Under the pieces are notes generated by a model. The model was not told where the DNA came from, did no database searches, and saw only the letters and a program-made list of their open reading frames with translations. A stretch of DNA of 64,000 bases from NCBI GenBank assembly GCA_902826775.1, contig CADEHE010000009.1:107726-171725 (forward strand). Direction: 5' to 3'. Below, piece after piece: positions 10,499-20,738 of the stretch. The translations under genes and the position numbers were made by a program. Within the stretch, counting starts at the first letter, position 1, and each line of letters opens with the position of its first letter. Source of the stretch: an uncultured Pseudomonadota bacterium (GTDB taxonomy: Bacteria > Pseudomonadota > Gammaproteobacteria > Burkholderiales > JALYOK01).

Positions 10499-10918
10499 CT
10501 AGCGGCTCAAATCGTGCGTGCGGATTTCGTACCCGCGTTCGCGGTAGAACTTGAAGCGCGCGCGCGCTGCGAATTTGTCTTGCTCGTCTCGGCTGACGAT
10601 CTCGATCAGGCGCTGAAAGCGGCTGAAATGCTCCGGGCGCTCCGCGCACAAGTTGATCAGCACATCGTCGTGCGGCAATGGGGCGGAGACATGGTCCACG
10701 ACCACTGGCGTTTCCGGCAAACAGGGGTTGTCGGCGCGGCAATGCGGGATAAAGCTGATCGCTGGCTGCGTCCACAACAATCGGTCCACTGCCTGCGTAG
10801 TTTGGCTATCCGGTGTGAGTACCGCGACCCGCAGATTGCGTTCGAACGCTTTGCCCACGAGCTGGCACGCGGTCTTGAGCTTGTCGTCCACGTGCGTGTA
10901 GAAATCAATTTGGGTCAT
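10499..10918 (-). CDS. holC: DNA polymerase III chi subunit
   Basis: MTQIDFYTHVDDKL N-terminus and ~140 aa length typical of HolC; conserved position between pepA and valS. Confidence 0.75.
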   Translation of the reverse strand: MTQIDFYTHVDDKLKTACQLVGKAFERNLRVAVLTPDSQTTQAVDRLLWTQPAISFIPHCRADNPCLPETPVVVDHVSAPLPHDDVLINLCAERPEHFSRFQRLIEIVSRDEQDKFAARARFKFYRERGYEIRTHDLSR

Positions 10919-10997
10919 GCTCAAGGTGCGATATGACGGGCGGAATGTGAAATGCAAAACGCACGGCCCGACCCATCTCGCGATTCACCGTTAATTT

Positions 10998-12488
10998 TCA
11001 CGCCTTCGCTCTTCCCATGAGGAAGTGGGTCAACAATCCAACTGGCCGACCGGTGGACCCTTTATCTTTGCCGGAACGGTAGGCGGTGCCGGCTATATCG
11101 AGGTGCGCCCAATGGAACTTCTTAGCGAAGCGCGCGAGGTAGCAAGCAGCGGTCACGCTTCCGGCGGGACGGCCGCCGATGTTGGCCATGTCGGCAAAGT
11201 TGCTGCTGAGCTGCTCTTGATAATCGTCCAGCAGCGGCATTGGCCAAGCGCGGTCGTAGGCGGCGTCGCCGGCCTGCCGCACATCATCAAGCAGGCGGTC
11301 GTTGTTCGCATACAAGCCATGCACCACGTGTCCCAGCGCAATCACGCAAGCGCCGGTTAGCGTTGCGATGTCGATCACTGCTTGCGGTTCAAAGCGCTCG
11401 GCGTAAGTCAGCGCGTCGCACAAAATCAAACGGCCCTCGGCGTCAGTGTTCAGGATTTCCACGGTCTGTCCCGACATCGAAGTCACGATATCGCCGGGAC
11501 GCGTTGCCGTGCTGCTGGGCATGTTCTCGCAAGTGGGGATCAAAGCGATTACGTTCAGCGGCAGCTTCATTTGCGCCACGGCTTTCATAGTGCCCAATAC
11601 GCTGCCCGCGCCGCTCATGTCGAACTTCATTTCGTCCATGTCCGGCGCCGGCTTGAGCGAAATACCGCCGGTGTCAAAGGTGATGCCTTTGCCCACCAAC
11701 ACGCAGGGCTTGTCCTTCTTCTTGCCGCCGTCGTGGCGCAGCACAATGAGCTTGGGCGGTTGCGCGCTGCCGCGAGTGACAGAGAGCAGGGCGCCCATGC
11801 CGAGTTTCTCCATATCGCGCTGTTCGAGAACCTCGACCTTGAGCCGGTAGCGCTTGGCGAGATCCTTGGCTTGCTGTGCAAGGTAGCTTGGCGTGCAAAT
11901 GTTCGGCGGCGTATTGCCCAGGTCTTTGGCGAATTTGACGCCCTCAGCGATTGCCGCGGCACCGCGCAGGGCGGCCTCCGCTTTCGACACTTCTGCTTTA
12001 TAAGCGACATTCAGCGCGATGGACTTAAGCGCCGCAGTCTTGTTGCTTGCTTTGCTCTTGAAGCCATCGAAGCGATATTCGCACTCGGCCGCGCCAAGCA
12101 CAACCTGCTCCAGGCGCCAGCGCAGATCGCGGTTGTTAACGTCGAGTTCCGGCAGGTGCAACACCGCTTCAGCCGCGCCGGTCTGCATGAGGGCGCGCAC
12201 CACCGCGCGCACCACCTCGCGGTATTGCTTTTCTTTGAACTCTTGCTCCGCCCCTAGGCCCACCAATAGGATGCGCCGCGCACTGATCGTTCCCGGTGAC
12301 TGTAATAGCAGGGTCGCGCCTAGCTTCTTCGGCAAGTCTCCCTGTCGCCCCAACTCCGAAAGGTGCTTCTTGCAAGCTTGATCCAGACTTGCCGCAGCGC
12401 TGGTCAGGCGATTGTTGTCGAATACACCAACCACGACGCAGTCAGTCTTATGCTTGTCTGACGCTGCACTTTTTATGCTAAATTCCAC
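10998..12488 (-). CDS. pepA: leucyl aminopeptidase
   Basis: M17 peptidase motifs NTDAEGRL and active-site residues; ~500 aa. Confidence 0.85.
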   Translation of the reverse strand: MEFSIKSAASDKHKTDCVVVGVFDNNRLTSAAASLDQACKKHLSELGRQGDLPKKLGATLLLQSPGTISARRILLVGLGAEQEFKEKQYREVVRAVVRALMQTGAAEAVLHLPELDVNNRDLRWRLEQVVLGAAECEYRFDGFKSKASNKTAALKSIALNVAYKAEVSKAEAALRGAAAIAEGVKFAKDLGNTPPNICTPSYLAQQAKDLAKRYRLKVEVLEQRDMEKLGMGALLSVTRGSAQPPKLIVLRHDGGKKKDKPCVLVGKGITFDTGGISLKPAPDMDEMKFDMSGAGSVLGTMKAVAQMKLPLNVIALIPTCENMPSSTATRPGDIVTSMSGQTVEILNTDAEGRLILCDALTYAERFEPQAVIDIATLTGACVIALGHVVHGLYANNDRLLDDVRQAGDAAYDRAWPMPLLDDYQEQLSSNFADMANIGGRPAGSVTAACYLARFAKKFHWAHLDIAGTAYRSGKDKGSTGRPVGLLTHFLMGRAKA

Positions 12489-12578
12489 CGGCTTGCTCCT
12501 TCGTTTACCTTGTCACACACGCGCCGCGGCATTATCCTCAGAAGCGCTGCCAAAAGTCAAAGAAAGCCCGCTTAGCCG

Positions 12579-13688
12579 ATGATCTTTACGCGCAGCATCG
12601 TGCGCGAGTTCGCCCAACTGAGCGCCGTAGTGGGGGCGACGCTGCTTGCGATCATGCTCTCGAGCAGCGCGATCCGTTTGCTTGGCCGCGCCGCGGGCGG
12701 GAAGATTTATGCCGATGCGGTGGCGAGCATGCTTGCTTTTGCCGCGGTTCAGTATTTGCCGGTGGTAGTGACGCTCACGGTATTCATCGCAGTGCTGTTG
12801 TCGCTCAGCCGCAGCTATCGCGATTCGGAAATGGTGGTCTGGTTTACCTCGGGGCGTGGTCTAGCGGCTTGGCTCGGCCCGGTGCTGCTGTATGCGTTGC
12901 CGCTGGCGGGCTTGGTCGGCCTCATCACTTTGCAGCTTTGGCCTTGGGCGCAAGCGCGCAGCGCGCAGTTTCAGCAACAGATCAATACGCGCGACGATGT
13001 ATCGCTTATAACGCCGGGCGTGTTCATTGAATCGAAGCGGGCCGACCGGGTGTTCTTCGTGGAAGAGTTGGCGAAAGATGCGAGCGCGGTCGGCAACATT
13101 TTTGTGCAAACTATGGACCAGGGCAAGGTCGGCATCACGGTAGCTTCGCGCGGCTATCAGGAAGTCAAGCCCGATGGCGAGCGCTTCTTGGTGCTGCAAT
13201 CGGGGCGGCACTACCAGGGAACGCCAGGCAGCGCGGATTTCGGCACGATCGACTTCGAGCGCTATTCGATGCGCGTGGCGCAGCGCAAACCCAAAGCGTT
13301 GAGTGAGGAGCCGCGCGGGCTAAGCTTCGCGCGCTTGCTACAACAGCCAACGCCAGCGAATCAGGCGGAGCTCTATTGGCGTTTAAGTTTTCCGATCAGC
13401 CTGCTGGTTTTGGCAATCCTGGCGATTCCTCTGAGCCACGTCAATCCGCGCGCGGGCCGCTCCACCAACTTGCTGATTGCAATTCTCATCTATGCCATTT
13501 ATAACAACGTCAACAGCGTCATGATGGCTTGGATAGGGCAGGGCAAACTAGCGTTCGGCGTTGGTGTGTGGATCGCGCATGCGGTGTTACTTGCATTGGC
13601 GCTTTGGTTGTTGTGGCGCCGCATCCGTGTGCGCCGGCCTTGGTGGTCGATCGTGCGAGCCCGCTTCGGGGCGACGAAGGCCGCGTAG
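12579..13688 (+). CDS. lptF: LPS export ABC transporter permease LptF
   Basis: YjgP/YjgQ permease family, divergent from pepA as in many Proteobacteria. Confidence 0.75.
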   Translation: MIFTRSIVREFAQLSAVVGATLLAIMLSSSAIRLLGRAAGGKIYADAVASMLAFAAVQYLPVVVTLTVFIAVLLSLSRSYRDSEMVVWFTSGRGLAAWLGPVLLYALPLAGLVGLITLQLWPWAQARSAQFQQQINTRDDVSLITPGVFIESKRADRVFFVEELAKDASAVGNIFVQTMDQGKVGITVASRGYQEVKPDGERFLVLQSGRHYQGTPGSADFGTIDFERYSMRVAQRKPKALSEEPRGLSFARLLQQPTPANQAELYWRLSFPISLLVLAILAIPLSHVNPRAGRSTNLLIAILIYAIYNNVNSVMMAWIGQGKLAFGVGVWIAHAVLLALALWLLWRRIRVRRPWWSIVRARFGATKAA

Positions 13689-13725
13689 CTGATCCTATGA
13701 AATTATTCGGCGACTTTGAGGAGTT

Positions 13726-13971
13726 CTAACCGCCTCGGATTGCCGGAATGAAGTGCACTTCGCTGTCTTGGTTGATCGGCGCAAACCAGGCATCTTGGAA
13801 AATCTCGCCGTCAATGGCGATGGCATAGCCGTCGTCCAAATGCGGAGCGAGCGCTGGATACTTGATTCCCAGCGCTCGTATCAGTTGCCGAACATCGCCT
13901 GCCTCGACTTCGACCTGTGAGGCGCCACCCGCCAAGCGTTTTAGCGCGCCGCTTAGCACCACTCGAGCCAT
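13726..13971 (-). CDS. MoaD/ThiS-like ubiquitin-fold sulfur carrier protein
   Basis: ~82 aa ending in Gly-Gly; lies directly downstream of the molybdo-oxidoreductase operon. Confidence 0.55.
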   Translation of the reverse strand: MARVVLSGALKRLAGGASQVEVEAGDVRQLIRALGIKYPALAPHLDDGYAIAIDGEIFQDAWFAPINQDSEVHFIPAIRGG

Positions 13972-13994
13972 GCTTGCCCCGCGCGCCACTAGGG

Positions 13995-16283
13995 CTAGGC
14001 GCTCGCGCCTTTGGCTTCGATGGCCTTCAGCACTCGCGGCGGCGACAGCGGCAGTTCGGTGAAGCGAATGCCCGTGGCATTACTGACGGCGTTGGAAACC
14101 GCAGCCATCGGCGGCACGATCGGCGTTTCGCCTACGCCGCGCACACCGTACGGGTGGCGCGGATTGGGCACTTCGACGATGACGGTGTCGATCATCGGTA
14201 GATCCGAACATACCGGGATGCGATAGTCGAGGAAGCCTGGATTCGCCAGGTGGCCCTTGGCATCGTAAATGTACTCTTCATTCAACGCCCAACCGATGCC
14301 CTGTGCCGCGCCGCCTTGCATCTGGCCTTCGACATAGCTCGGGTGTATGGCGCGTCCCGCGTCCTGAATCGCCGTGTAGCGCAGTACTGTAGTCTTGCCG
14401 GTTTCGGGATCGACTTCTACATCGACTATGTGCGTCGCCAAGCTGGGCCCTGCGCCCTGTGCGTTGATCGCAGCGTTGCCCACGATCGGTCCGCCGGTCT
14501 TGCCCATGGTATTTGCCAAGTCTGCGAGTGACAGCGGTTTCTTAGCAGGGTCGCGCACGGCGCGCGCATAGCCGCCTTGCCACGTTACGTCCTTAAGGTC
14601 GATCTCCCAAATCTTCGCGGCGCGCTCACGCAGCTGGCCGATCATGTCGCGCGCGGCTTCAATCACTGCCATGCCGCTGGAGAACGTCACGCGGCTGCCG
14701 CCGGTCAAGAAGTTGAATCCGAGCGCGCTGGTGTCGCCGATCACCGGGCGCACATGCTCCAGCGCGATGCCCAGTTCCTCCGCCGCCATCATCGCCAGCG
14801 AAGCGCGCGAGCCGCCGATATCTGGCGTGCCTGCCACGAGCGTGACGCTGCCATCTTCGCCGAGATTCAGCGCCGCGCAAGTCTCGCCGCCGATGTTAAA
14901 CCAGAAACCGGAGGCGACGCCGCGGCCTTGATTGGCTTTCAACGGCACCTTGTAATGCGGATGCGCGCGCGCGGCTTCCAGTGTTTGCACCAAGCCGATA
15001 GGCCCAAACTTCGGACCGTAAGCGGCTTTGGTACCCTCTTTCGCGGCGTTCTTAAGGCGCAACTCGATCGGGTCGAGCTTTAGTTTTTGTGCCAGCTCGT
15101 CGACGACCGACTCAACGCCGTACTCCGAAATCGGACCGCCGGGCGCGCGATACGCCGCGACCTTGGGCCGATTAGTGACGATGTCGAAGCCGACCACTTT
15201 GACGTTCTCCAAATCATACGGCGCGAAGGCGCACATGCAGCCAGGTTGAATCGGCGAGCCCTGGAACGCGCCGGCCTGGTACTTGAGCACTGCTTCGGCG
15301 GCGGTGATTTTGCCGTCACGCGTCGCGCCCATCTTCACCCACACTTTCGCGCCGGAAGTCGGGCCGCTTGCCTGGAATACTTCGACGCGCGACATCACCA
15401 TCTTGACCGGCTGACACGCCTTGCGCGATAGCGCTAGCGCCAGCGGTTCGACATAAACGACTGTCTTGCCGCCGAAACCACCGCCGATCTCGGAAGCGGT
15501 GACACGCAGCTTGGAGACTTCCATGCCGAGCAGCTTGGCGCAGAAACTGCGCACGATGAACTGGCCCTGCGTGGTGCACCAGAGCTCCGCCTGACCGTCT
15601 TCGGAGACGCTGGCCACGCAGGCGTGCGGCTCAATGTAGCCTTGGTGCACCGGCTGTGTCGTGAACTCGCGCTCGACGACGATATCGGCCTTGGCGAACC
15701 CCGCGGCTATATCCCCTAGCGCGAACTCGACACGCTTGGCGATGTTCGATGGCTTGGCGGGCCGCGGCTCGACGTTGATGGTGTACATGTCTTCATGCAG
15801 CAGCGGCGCGTCTGCTTCCATCGCCTGCACCACGTCCATTACGTGCGGCAGCACTTCATAATCAACTCGGATAAGCTTTAGTGCCTTATTGGCGATCGCT
15901 TCGCTCGTTGCTGCCACCGCCGCCACCGCATGGCCTTCGTACAGCGCTTTCTCGCGCGCCATGACGTTGCGTGTCATGTCTTTGAAATTCACCATCATTT
16001 CACCTGCCGGAATGAATTCCGACGGCAGGTCACCGAAATCCGCCGCGGTGATCACCGCTTTCACGCCCGGCAAGGCAAGCGCCTTTGCAGTGTCGATCGA
16101 CTTAATGCGCGCATGTGCATGCGGGCTGCGCAACACCTTGCCGACCAGCATGTTGGCCAAGTACAGATCCGCGCCGAACTTTGCGCGTCCGGTGACTTTG
16201 TCGACGCCGTCCGGGCGCGCAGGCCGCGTGCCGACGATTTTGAACTCCGACTGCTGCAGGCTAGTAGTCGTCATGTCGTTCAT
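13995..16283 (-). CDS. molybdopterin-dependent oxidoreductase large subunit (xanthine dehydrogenase/CoxL family)
   Basis: ~760 aa with aldehyde oxidase/xanthine dehydrogenase a/b hammerhead and Mo-binding domains; start taken at MNDMTTT. Confidence 0.8.
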   Translation of the reverse strand: MNDMTTTSLQQSEFKIVGTRPARPDGVDKVTGRAKFGADLYLANMLVGKVLRSPHAHARIKSIDTAKALALPGVKAVITAADFGDLPSEFIPAGEMMVNFKDMTRNVMAREKALYEGHAVAAVAATSEAIANKALKLIRVDYEVLPHVMDVVQAMEADAPLLHEDMYTINVEPRPAKPSNIAKRVEFALGDIAAGFAKADIVVEREFTTQPVHQGYIEPHACVASVSEDGQAELWCTTQGQFIVRSFCAKLLGMEVSKLRVTASEIGGGFGGKTVVYVEPLALALSRKACQPVKMVMSRVEVFQASGPTSGAKVWVKMGATRDGKITAAEAVLKYQAGAFQGSPIQPGCMCAFAPYDLENVKVVGFDIVTNRPKVAAYRAPGGPISEYGVESVVDELAQKLKLDPIELRLKNAAKEGTKAAYGPKFGPIGLVQTLEAARAHPHYKVPLKANQGRGVASGFWFNIGGETCAALNLGEDGSVTLVAGTPDIGGSRASLAMMAAEELGIALEHVRPVIGDTSALGFNFLTGGSRVTFSSGMAVIEAARDMIGQLRERAAKIWEIDLKDVTWQGGYARAVRDPAKKPLSLADLANTMGKTGGPIVGNAAINAQGAGPSLATHIVDVEVDPETGKTTVLRYTAIQDAGRAIHPSYVEGQMQGGAAQGIGWALNEEYIYDAKGHLANPGFLDYRIPVCSDLPMIDTVIVEVPNPRHPYGVRGVGETPIVPPMAAVSNAVSNATGIRFTELPLSPPRVLKAIEAKGASA

Positions 16284-16285
16284 GC

Positions 16286-16762
16286 TTAGGCACTCCTCAT
16301 GTCGGCGGCGGCATCCATTACCGCACGCACAATTTTGTCGTAACCGGTGCAGCGGCACAGATTGCCCGCCAGCCAATAACGGACTTCAGTTTCGCTCGGA
16401 TCGGGATTGCGCTCCAACAGCGATTTCGCAGCGATCAAAACTCCCGGCGTGCAAATTCCGCATTGCAGCGCCGCATGTTCGATGAACTTTTTTTGCAGCG
16501 GATGCAGTTCATCGCCCTTGGCCATGCCTTCGATGGTTTCGATCTTGCGCCCGCCCACTTCCGCGCCCAGCACGAGGCAGCTGCACACCAAGCGCCCGTC
16601 GAGGGTCACGCTGCACGCGCCGCAGTCGCCCGTGGCGCAGCCTTCCTTGCTGCCGGTTAGATGAAGCTCATCGCGCAGCACGTCGAGCAGCGTTTGCTCG
16701 GGCGCACAAAGAAATTCCACCGGTTCGCCGTTGACGGTCGTGCTGACATGTTGCTTAGCCAT
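16286..16762 (-). CDS. (2Fe-2S)-binding small subunit (CoxS-like)
   Basis: Two [2Fe-2S] cysteine motifs (CATGDCGAC; CGICTPG...CRCTGY). Confidence 0.85.
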   Translation of the reverse strand: MAKQHVSTTVNGEPVEFLCAPEQTLLDVLRDELHLTGSKEGCATGDCGACSVTLDGRLVCSCLVLGAEVGGRKIETIEGMAKGDELHPLQKKFIEHAALQCGICTPGVLIAAKSLLERNPDPSETEVRYWLAGNLCRCTGYDKIVRAVMDAAADMRSA

Positions 16763-17636
16763 GCTGCGCCTCCAATTTTTCTCCTTTTGCGCGCTTCAGC
16801 GCGTTGCGCGCGGCGCGTTGCGCCAACACCCCGGCGACTTTGACGCGATAGTCGACAGTGCCGCGCTTATCATTGATAGGTTTGCAAGCCGCGCTCGTCG
16901 CCACGGCCAGTGCCGCCAGCGCTTTGTCGTCGACGCGTGTGCCGATCAGCGCTGTCGCCCCCGCTTCGACCAGCAACGGTGTCGGCGCTACCGCACCGAG
17001 GCCGACGCGTGCGTGCGTGCAGATGCCCGCCTCGTCCAGCCGCAACGCCACACCGCAGCCCACCACGGCGATATCCATCTCCGTGCGCGGAATGAGCCGC
17101 AGGTAGGCATCCCCCGAGCGCGCCGGCGGTTGCGGCAGGCGAAGCGCCATGATGAATTCGTCGCGCGCCAGCGATGTGCGTCCTGGGCTGACGACGACTT
17201 GTTCGACCGGCACATCGCGCGAGCCTCGTGCGCCAAAGACTTCGCAAATAGCGCCTGCGGCGATCAGTGCCGGCACGCTGTCGGCTGCCGGCGAGGCATT
17301 GCACAAGTTGCCGCCGAGCGAGGCGCGGCCTTGAATTTGCGTCGAGCCAATTAGCCGCAGCGCTTCCACTACACCTGGCCATGCCGCTTTCAGTGCGCTG
17401 TGCTCGCCGAGTTCCGCGCAGGAGGTTGCCGCGCCAATGCGAAAGCCACTCGCGTCAGCAGTGACGCCACGAATGGCCGGAATATTTTTGAGGTCGATGA
17501 CAACTTGCGGTTCCAGCATGCCGGTGCGGATCTTGACCAGCAGATCGGTGCCACCAGCGAGAACATGGGCGTTGCTGCCGGATGCCGCGAGCATGTCGAC
17601 GGCTTCCTTAGCGGAGCCCGGGGATCGATAGTCCAC
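16755..17636 (-). CDS. FAD-binding medium subunit (CoxM-like)
   Basis: FAD-binding PCMH-type motif AGGTDL; operon order M-S-L. Confidence 0.8.
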   Translation of the reverse strand: MDYRSPGSAKEAVDMLAASGSNAHVLAGGTDLLVKIRTGMLEPQVVIDLKNIPAIRGVTADASGFRIGAATSCAELGEHSALKAAWPGVVEALRLIGSTQIQGRASLGGNLCNASPAADSVPALIAAGAICEVFGARGSRDVPVEQVVVSPGRTSLARDEFIMALRLPQPPARSGDAYLRLIPRTEMDIAVVGCGVALRLDEAGICTHARVGLGAVAPTPLLVEAGATALIGTRVDDKALAALAVATSAACKPINDKRGTVDYRVKVAGVLAQRAARNALKRAKGEKLEAQHG

Positions 17637-17837
17637 GTGAATTCCCTCCTTGAAAGCAGGATTGTACGGCGGAACGCCTGTCTCCGGCGCGCCTGCGCGT
17701 CGCCAGCCATCCCCGTCATGGCATTTTGACTCGGATAGGGCCGTGGTTTAAGCTTCGCCCCCTCCATTGGGTATCGCCGGGGGCAACGCCGGTTGATGCT
17801 CGGCGGACTGCGGGCCGCGCATGTCGCTGCCTGGTTC

Positions 17838-17928
17838 GGAGAGATGGCCGAGCGGTCGAAGGCGCACGCCTGGAAAGCGTGTATACGTTAAAAGCGTATC
17901 GAGGGTTCGAATCCCTCTCTCTCCGCCA
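17838..17928 (+). tRNA. tRNA-Ser(GGA)
   Basis: 91 nt; type II D-arm; anticodon loop CUGGAAA; long variable arm; T-loop GGTTCGAATCC; CCA encoded. Confidence 0.85.
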
Positions 17929-18182
17929 CCGAACTCGCCCGGCGGCATCCTGTTCGAGCAACGCCGTTGCCGCAATGGTATAGTTTGGCTTCGCCAAGCG
18001 CTTGATGCGCAGCGCCGCCATATCCAAGCGTTTGAGTTGCTCATGCGTTTGGATATGGCGGGCCTCCTCGCATTGCAGCGTGGTGAACCTGGTCAGGTCC
18101 GGAAGGAAGCAGCCACAACTACTTACTGCAAGTGCCGAGGGTCAGGCTCGCCACCCATTTTTGCCGGTGCTCAGCGGTCTTC

Positions 18183-18725
18183 ATGAAACGCCTACTGCTT
18201 GGTTTTTGCGTTGCCAGTTGCGCATGCTCGGGTGCGCCAGCGTTTGACGGACTCGGAATGGAAATTGGCCGCAGCTACCCCAAGGCGGCGAATTTGATGC
18301 GCTTGCATGTGGTCAAAGATTGGCGCAGTTGGAATTTGGGTTCGCGCTTGCGCGCGTTGGCATACTGGGAAGGCGAACTCGGTTACTGGCGCAACAACTC
18401 TGACGATGCGCCGTCGGCCGATGTCTGGGATATCGGCCTTACACCAATTCTGCGTCTGCAGTCGCAAGCTCAGCCAACCGCCGGCGCGTGGCCCTATGTC
18501 GAGATTGGCAGCGGCGCTCACCTTATTTCGGAGAAGCAAGTGACGCAAAGACGCGAGCTTGGCGGCCATTTTCAGTTCGGGACCCATCTCGGTTTGGGCG
18601 TGCGTTTCGGCGAGCAGGGCCGCTACGATGTTGCGCTGCGTATCCAGCACATTTCCAATGCGCGGCTCAAGAGTCCCAACGACGGTATAAACTTCGCATC
18701 GATGCGATTCGTGTACCGCTTCTAA
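18183..18725 (+). CDS. lipid A deacylase PagL-like / acyloxyacyl hydrolase outer-membrane protein
   Basis: Signal peptide MKRLLLGFCVA; C-terminal HISNA...F pattern of the PagL family. Confidence 0.55.
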   Translation: MKRLLLGFCVASCACSGAPAFDGLGMEIGRSYPKAANLMRLHVVKDWRSWNLGSRLRALAYWEGELGYWRNNSDDAPSADVWDIGLTPILRLQSQAQPTAGAWPYVEIGSGAHLISEKQVTQRRELGGHFQFGTHLGLGVRFGEQGRYDVALRIQHISNARLKSPNDGINFASMRFVYRF

Positions 18726-18737
18726 CAACCACCCCAC

Positions 18738-20402
18738 ATGAGCTATTTGGTTCTAGCGCGCAAGTGGCGTCCGCGCGGCTTTGCCGAAGTGGTCGGTCAG
18801 GAGCACGTGGTGCGCGCGCTCGCCAATGCGCTGAGCGCGCAGCGGCTGCATCACGCGTACCTGTTTACCGGCACGCGCGGCGTCGGCAAGACGACGCTGG
18901 CACGCATCTTCGCCAAAGCGCTGAATTGCGAAACCGGTGTCACTGCTACGCCGTGTGGGCGCTGCAATGCCTGCCTTGACATCGACGCGGGGCGGTTTGT
19001 TGACTTGATGGAAGTCGATGCCGCGACCAACACTAAAGTGGAAGAAATGCGCGACTTGCTCGACTCGGCGCAGTACATGCCGACGCTCGGGCGCTTCAAA
19101 GTCTACATCATCGACGAAGTGCACATGCTTTCACGCTCGGCCTTCAACTCTATGTTGAAGACGCTGGAAGAGCCGCCCGCTCACGTCAAGTTTGTGCTGG
19201 CGACGACCGATCCGCAGAAGGTCCCCATCACTGTTTTATCGCGCTGCTTACAGTTCAATCTTAAGCAATTGCCGGCTACGCTCATTGCCGAACACCTGGC
19301 TAACGTATTGCAGCAGGAACAGATCGCGTCGGAGGCTGCGGCCCTGCAGCTCATTGGCGCCGCCGCGCGCGGTAGCGTGCGTGACGCGTTAAGTTTGCTC
19401 GATCAAGCCATTGCCTTCGGTGCCGGCAGCGTACTAGCGGAGCAGGTGGCGACCATGTTGGGCAGTGTTGACCAGCAATACTTGTTCAAGCTGCTGGAAG
19501 CACTGGCTGCGAATGAAGGCGAGGTGGTGCTGGCAGAAGCGCGGGCGCTGATGCAGCGCAACGCTTCTTTCGAATTGGTGTTGGAGCAGCTCGCTGCTCT
19601 GTTGACGCGAGTTGCGCTGGCGCAAGTCGTGCCGCAGGCGGCCGGTGCCGAAGTGGACGCAGAGCGTGTGGCGCGGTTGGCGCAGCGCTTCGCACCGGAA
19701 CAGGTGCAGCTGTATTACCAGATTGCCCTCACCGGCCGGCGCGATTTGGCTCTGGCGCCAGACGAATTCGGCGGATTTACCATGACGCTCATGCGCATGT
19801 TGGCGTTCGCGCCTCAGAGTGGCGCTGTACCGCCGCAGCGAGCCCCTGCGCCTGCGGCTGCAAGACCGGAGCGCATCGCCGATGCCGGCGGCGTGCAGAG
19901 CGCGGGAGCGGCGCGAACGCCGTCCGCTGCCACGGCGCCTAGCCGTGCCAGCGCGGCAGCCCCGGCCATGACCGCCGCGGCAGCAGCGCCGGCAGTCGGG
20001 GGTGTGCCCGCGGATGCGCTGCGCTCGAACGACGATTGGGTCACACTTGTCGCGGCGCTAAATGCCGGCGGCATGGCACAAATGCTGGCGCGTCATTGCG
20101 AGCTGAAGAGTTTCGACGGCAAACGGCTGGAGTTGACCGTGCCGCCGGAACACAAGCATTTGCTCGATCCGGCCTACCAGGAGAAGCTGACCGGCGCGAT
20201 TCGCGGCAAGCTTGGCGCCGCGTTGCGCGTCAGTATCAGCGTGGGCGATCACAGCGGCGCTTCGCTGGCCGCGCTCGAAGGGCAAGCGCAGCAAGCGCGC
20301 ATGGCGAAGGCGATTGCTTCCATCGAGGCTGATCCGTTTGTGCGCGACATGGTTGATAATTTGGATGCGAAGTTGATCGAGACCTCGATCAAGCCGATTT
20401 AG
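18738..20402 (+). CDS. dnaX: DNA polymerase III subunit gamma/tau
   Basis: AAA+ clamp-loader motifs (GTRGVGKTT) and zinc module CGRCNAC. Confidence 0.9.
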   Translation: MSYLVLARKWRPRGFAEVVGQEHVVRALANALSAQRLHHAYLFTGTRGVGKTTLARIFAKALNCETGVTATPCGRCNACLDIDAGRFVDLMEVDAATNTKVEEMRDLLDSAQYMPTLGRFKVYIIDEVHMLSRSAFNSMLKTLEEPPAHVKFVLATTDPQKVPITVLSRCLQFNLKQLPATLIAEHLANVLQQEQIASEAAALQLIGAAARGSVRDALSLLDQAIAFGAGSVLAEQVATMLGSVDQQYLFKLLEALAANEGEVVLAEARALMQRNASFELVLEQLAALLTRVALAQVVPQAAGAEVDAERVARLAQRFAPEQVQLYYQIALTGRRDLALAPDEFGGFTMTLMRMLAFAPQSGAVPPQRAPAPAAARPERIADAGGVQSAGAARTPSAATAPSRASAAAPAMTAAAAAPAVGGVPADALRSNDDWVTLVAALNAGGMAQMLARHCELKSFDGKRLELTVPPEHKHLLDPAYQEKLTGAIRGKLGAALRVSISVGDHSGASLAALEGQAQQARMAKAIASIEADPFVRDMVDNLDAKLIETSIKPI

Positions 20403-20411
20403 GAGATTGCG

Positions 20412-20738
20412 ATGCTGAAGGGACAACTCGCCGGGCTGATGAAGCAGGCTCAGCAAATGCAGGAAAATATGAAGAAGGCGCAAGAGGAGTTGGCGCGCAC
20501 CGAAGTTGAAGGCCAGTCCGGTGGCGGCATGGTCAAAGTGGTCATGACCTGCCAGCACGACGTGCGGCGAGTAAGCATCGATCCCAGTTTGATGGGGGAA
20601 GACAAAGAGATGTTGGAAGACCTCGTCGCTGCCGCCATGAACGATGCCGTGCGCAAATCCGAAGCGATCAAACAAGAGAAAATGGGCGGCTTTGCCGCCG
20701 GGATGAATCTGCCGGCGGGATTTAAGTTGCCGTTTTGA
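20412..20738 (+). CDS. ybaB: YbaB/EbfC nucleoid-associated protein
   Basis: 108 aa; conserved dnaX-ybaB-recR synteny. Confidence 0.85.
   Translation: MLKGQLAGLMKQAQQMQENMKKAQEELARTEVEGQSGGGMVKVVMTCQHDVRRVSIDPSLMGEDKEMLEDLVAAAMNDAVRKSEAIKQEKMGGFAAGMNLPAGFKLPF

Noticed and set aside
10068-10775. Full 235-aa minus-strand ORF 10068..10775
   Set aside because: Its N-terminal 90 aa overlap holC in another frame and are Pro/Arg-rich; only the part from MPDKP (10495) was kept
14577-16485. Plus-strand ORFs (14577..15083, 15889..16485) inside the coxL-like gene
   Set aside because: They are antisense to a well-supported 760-aa molybdo-oxidoreductase gene
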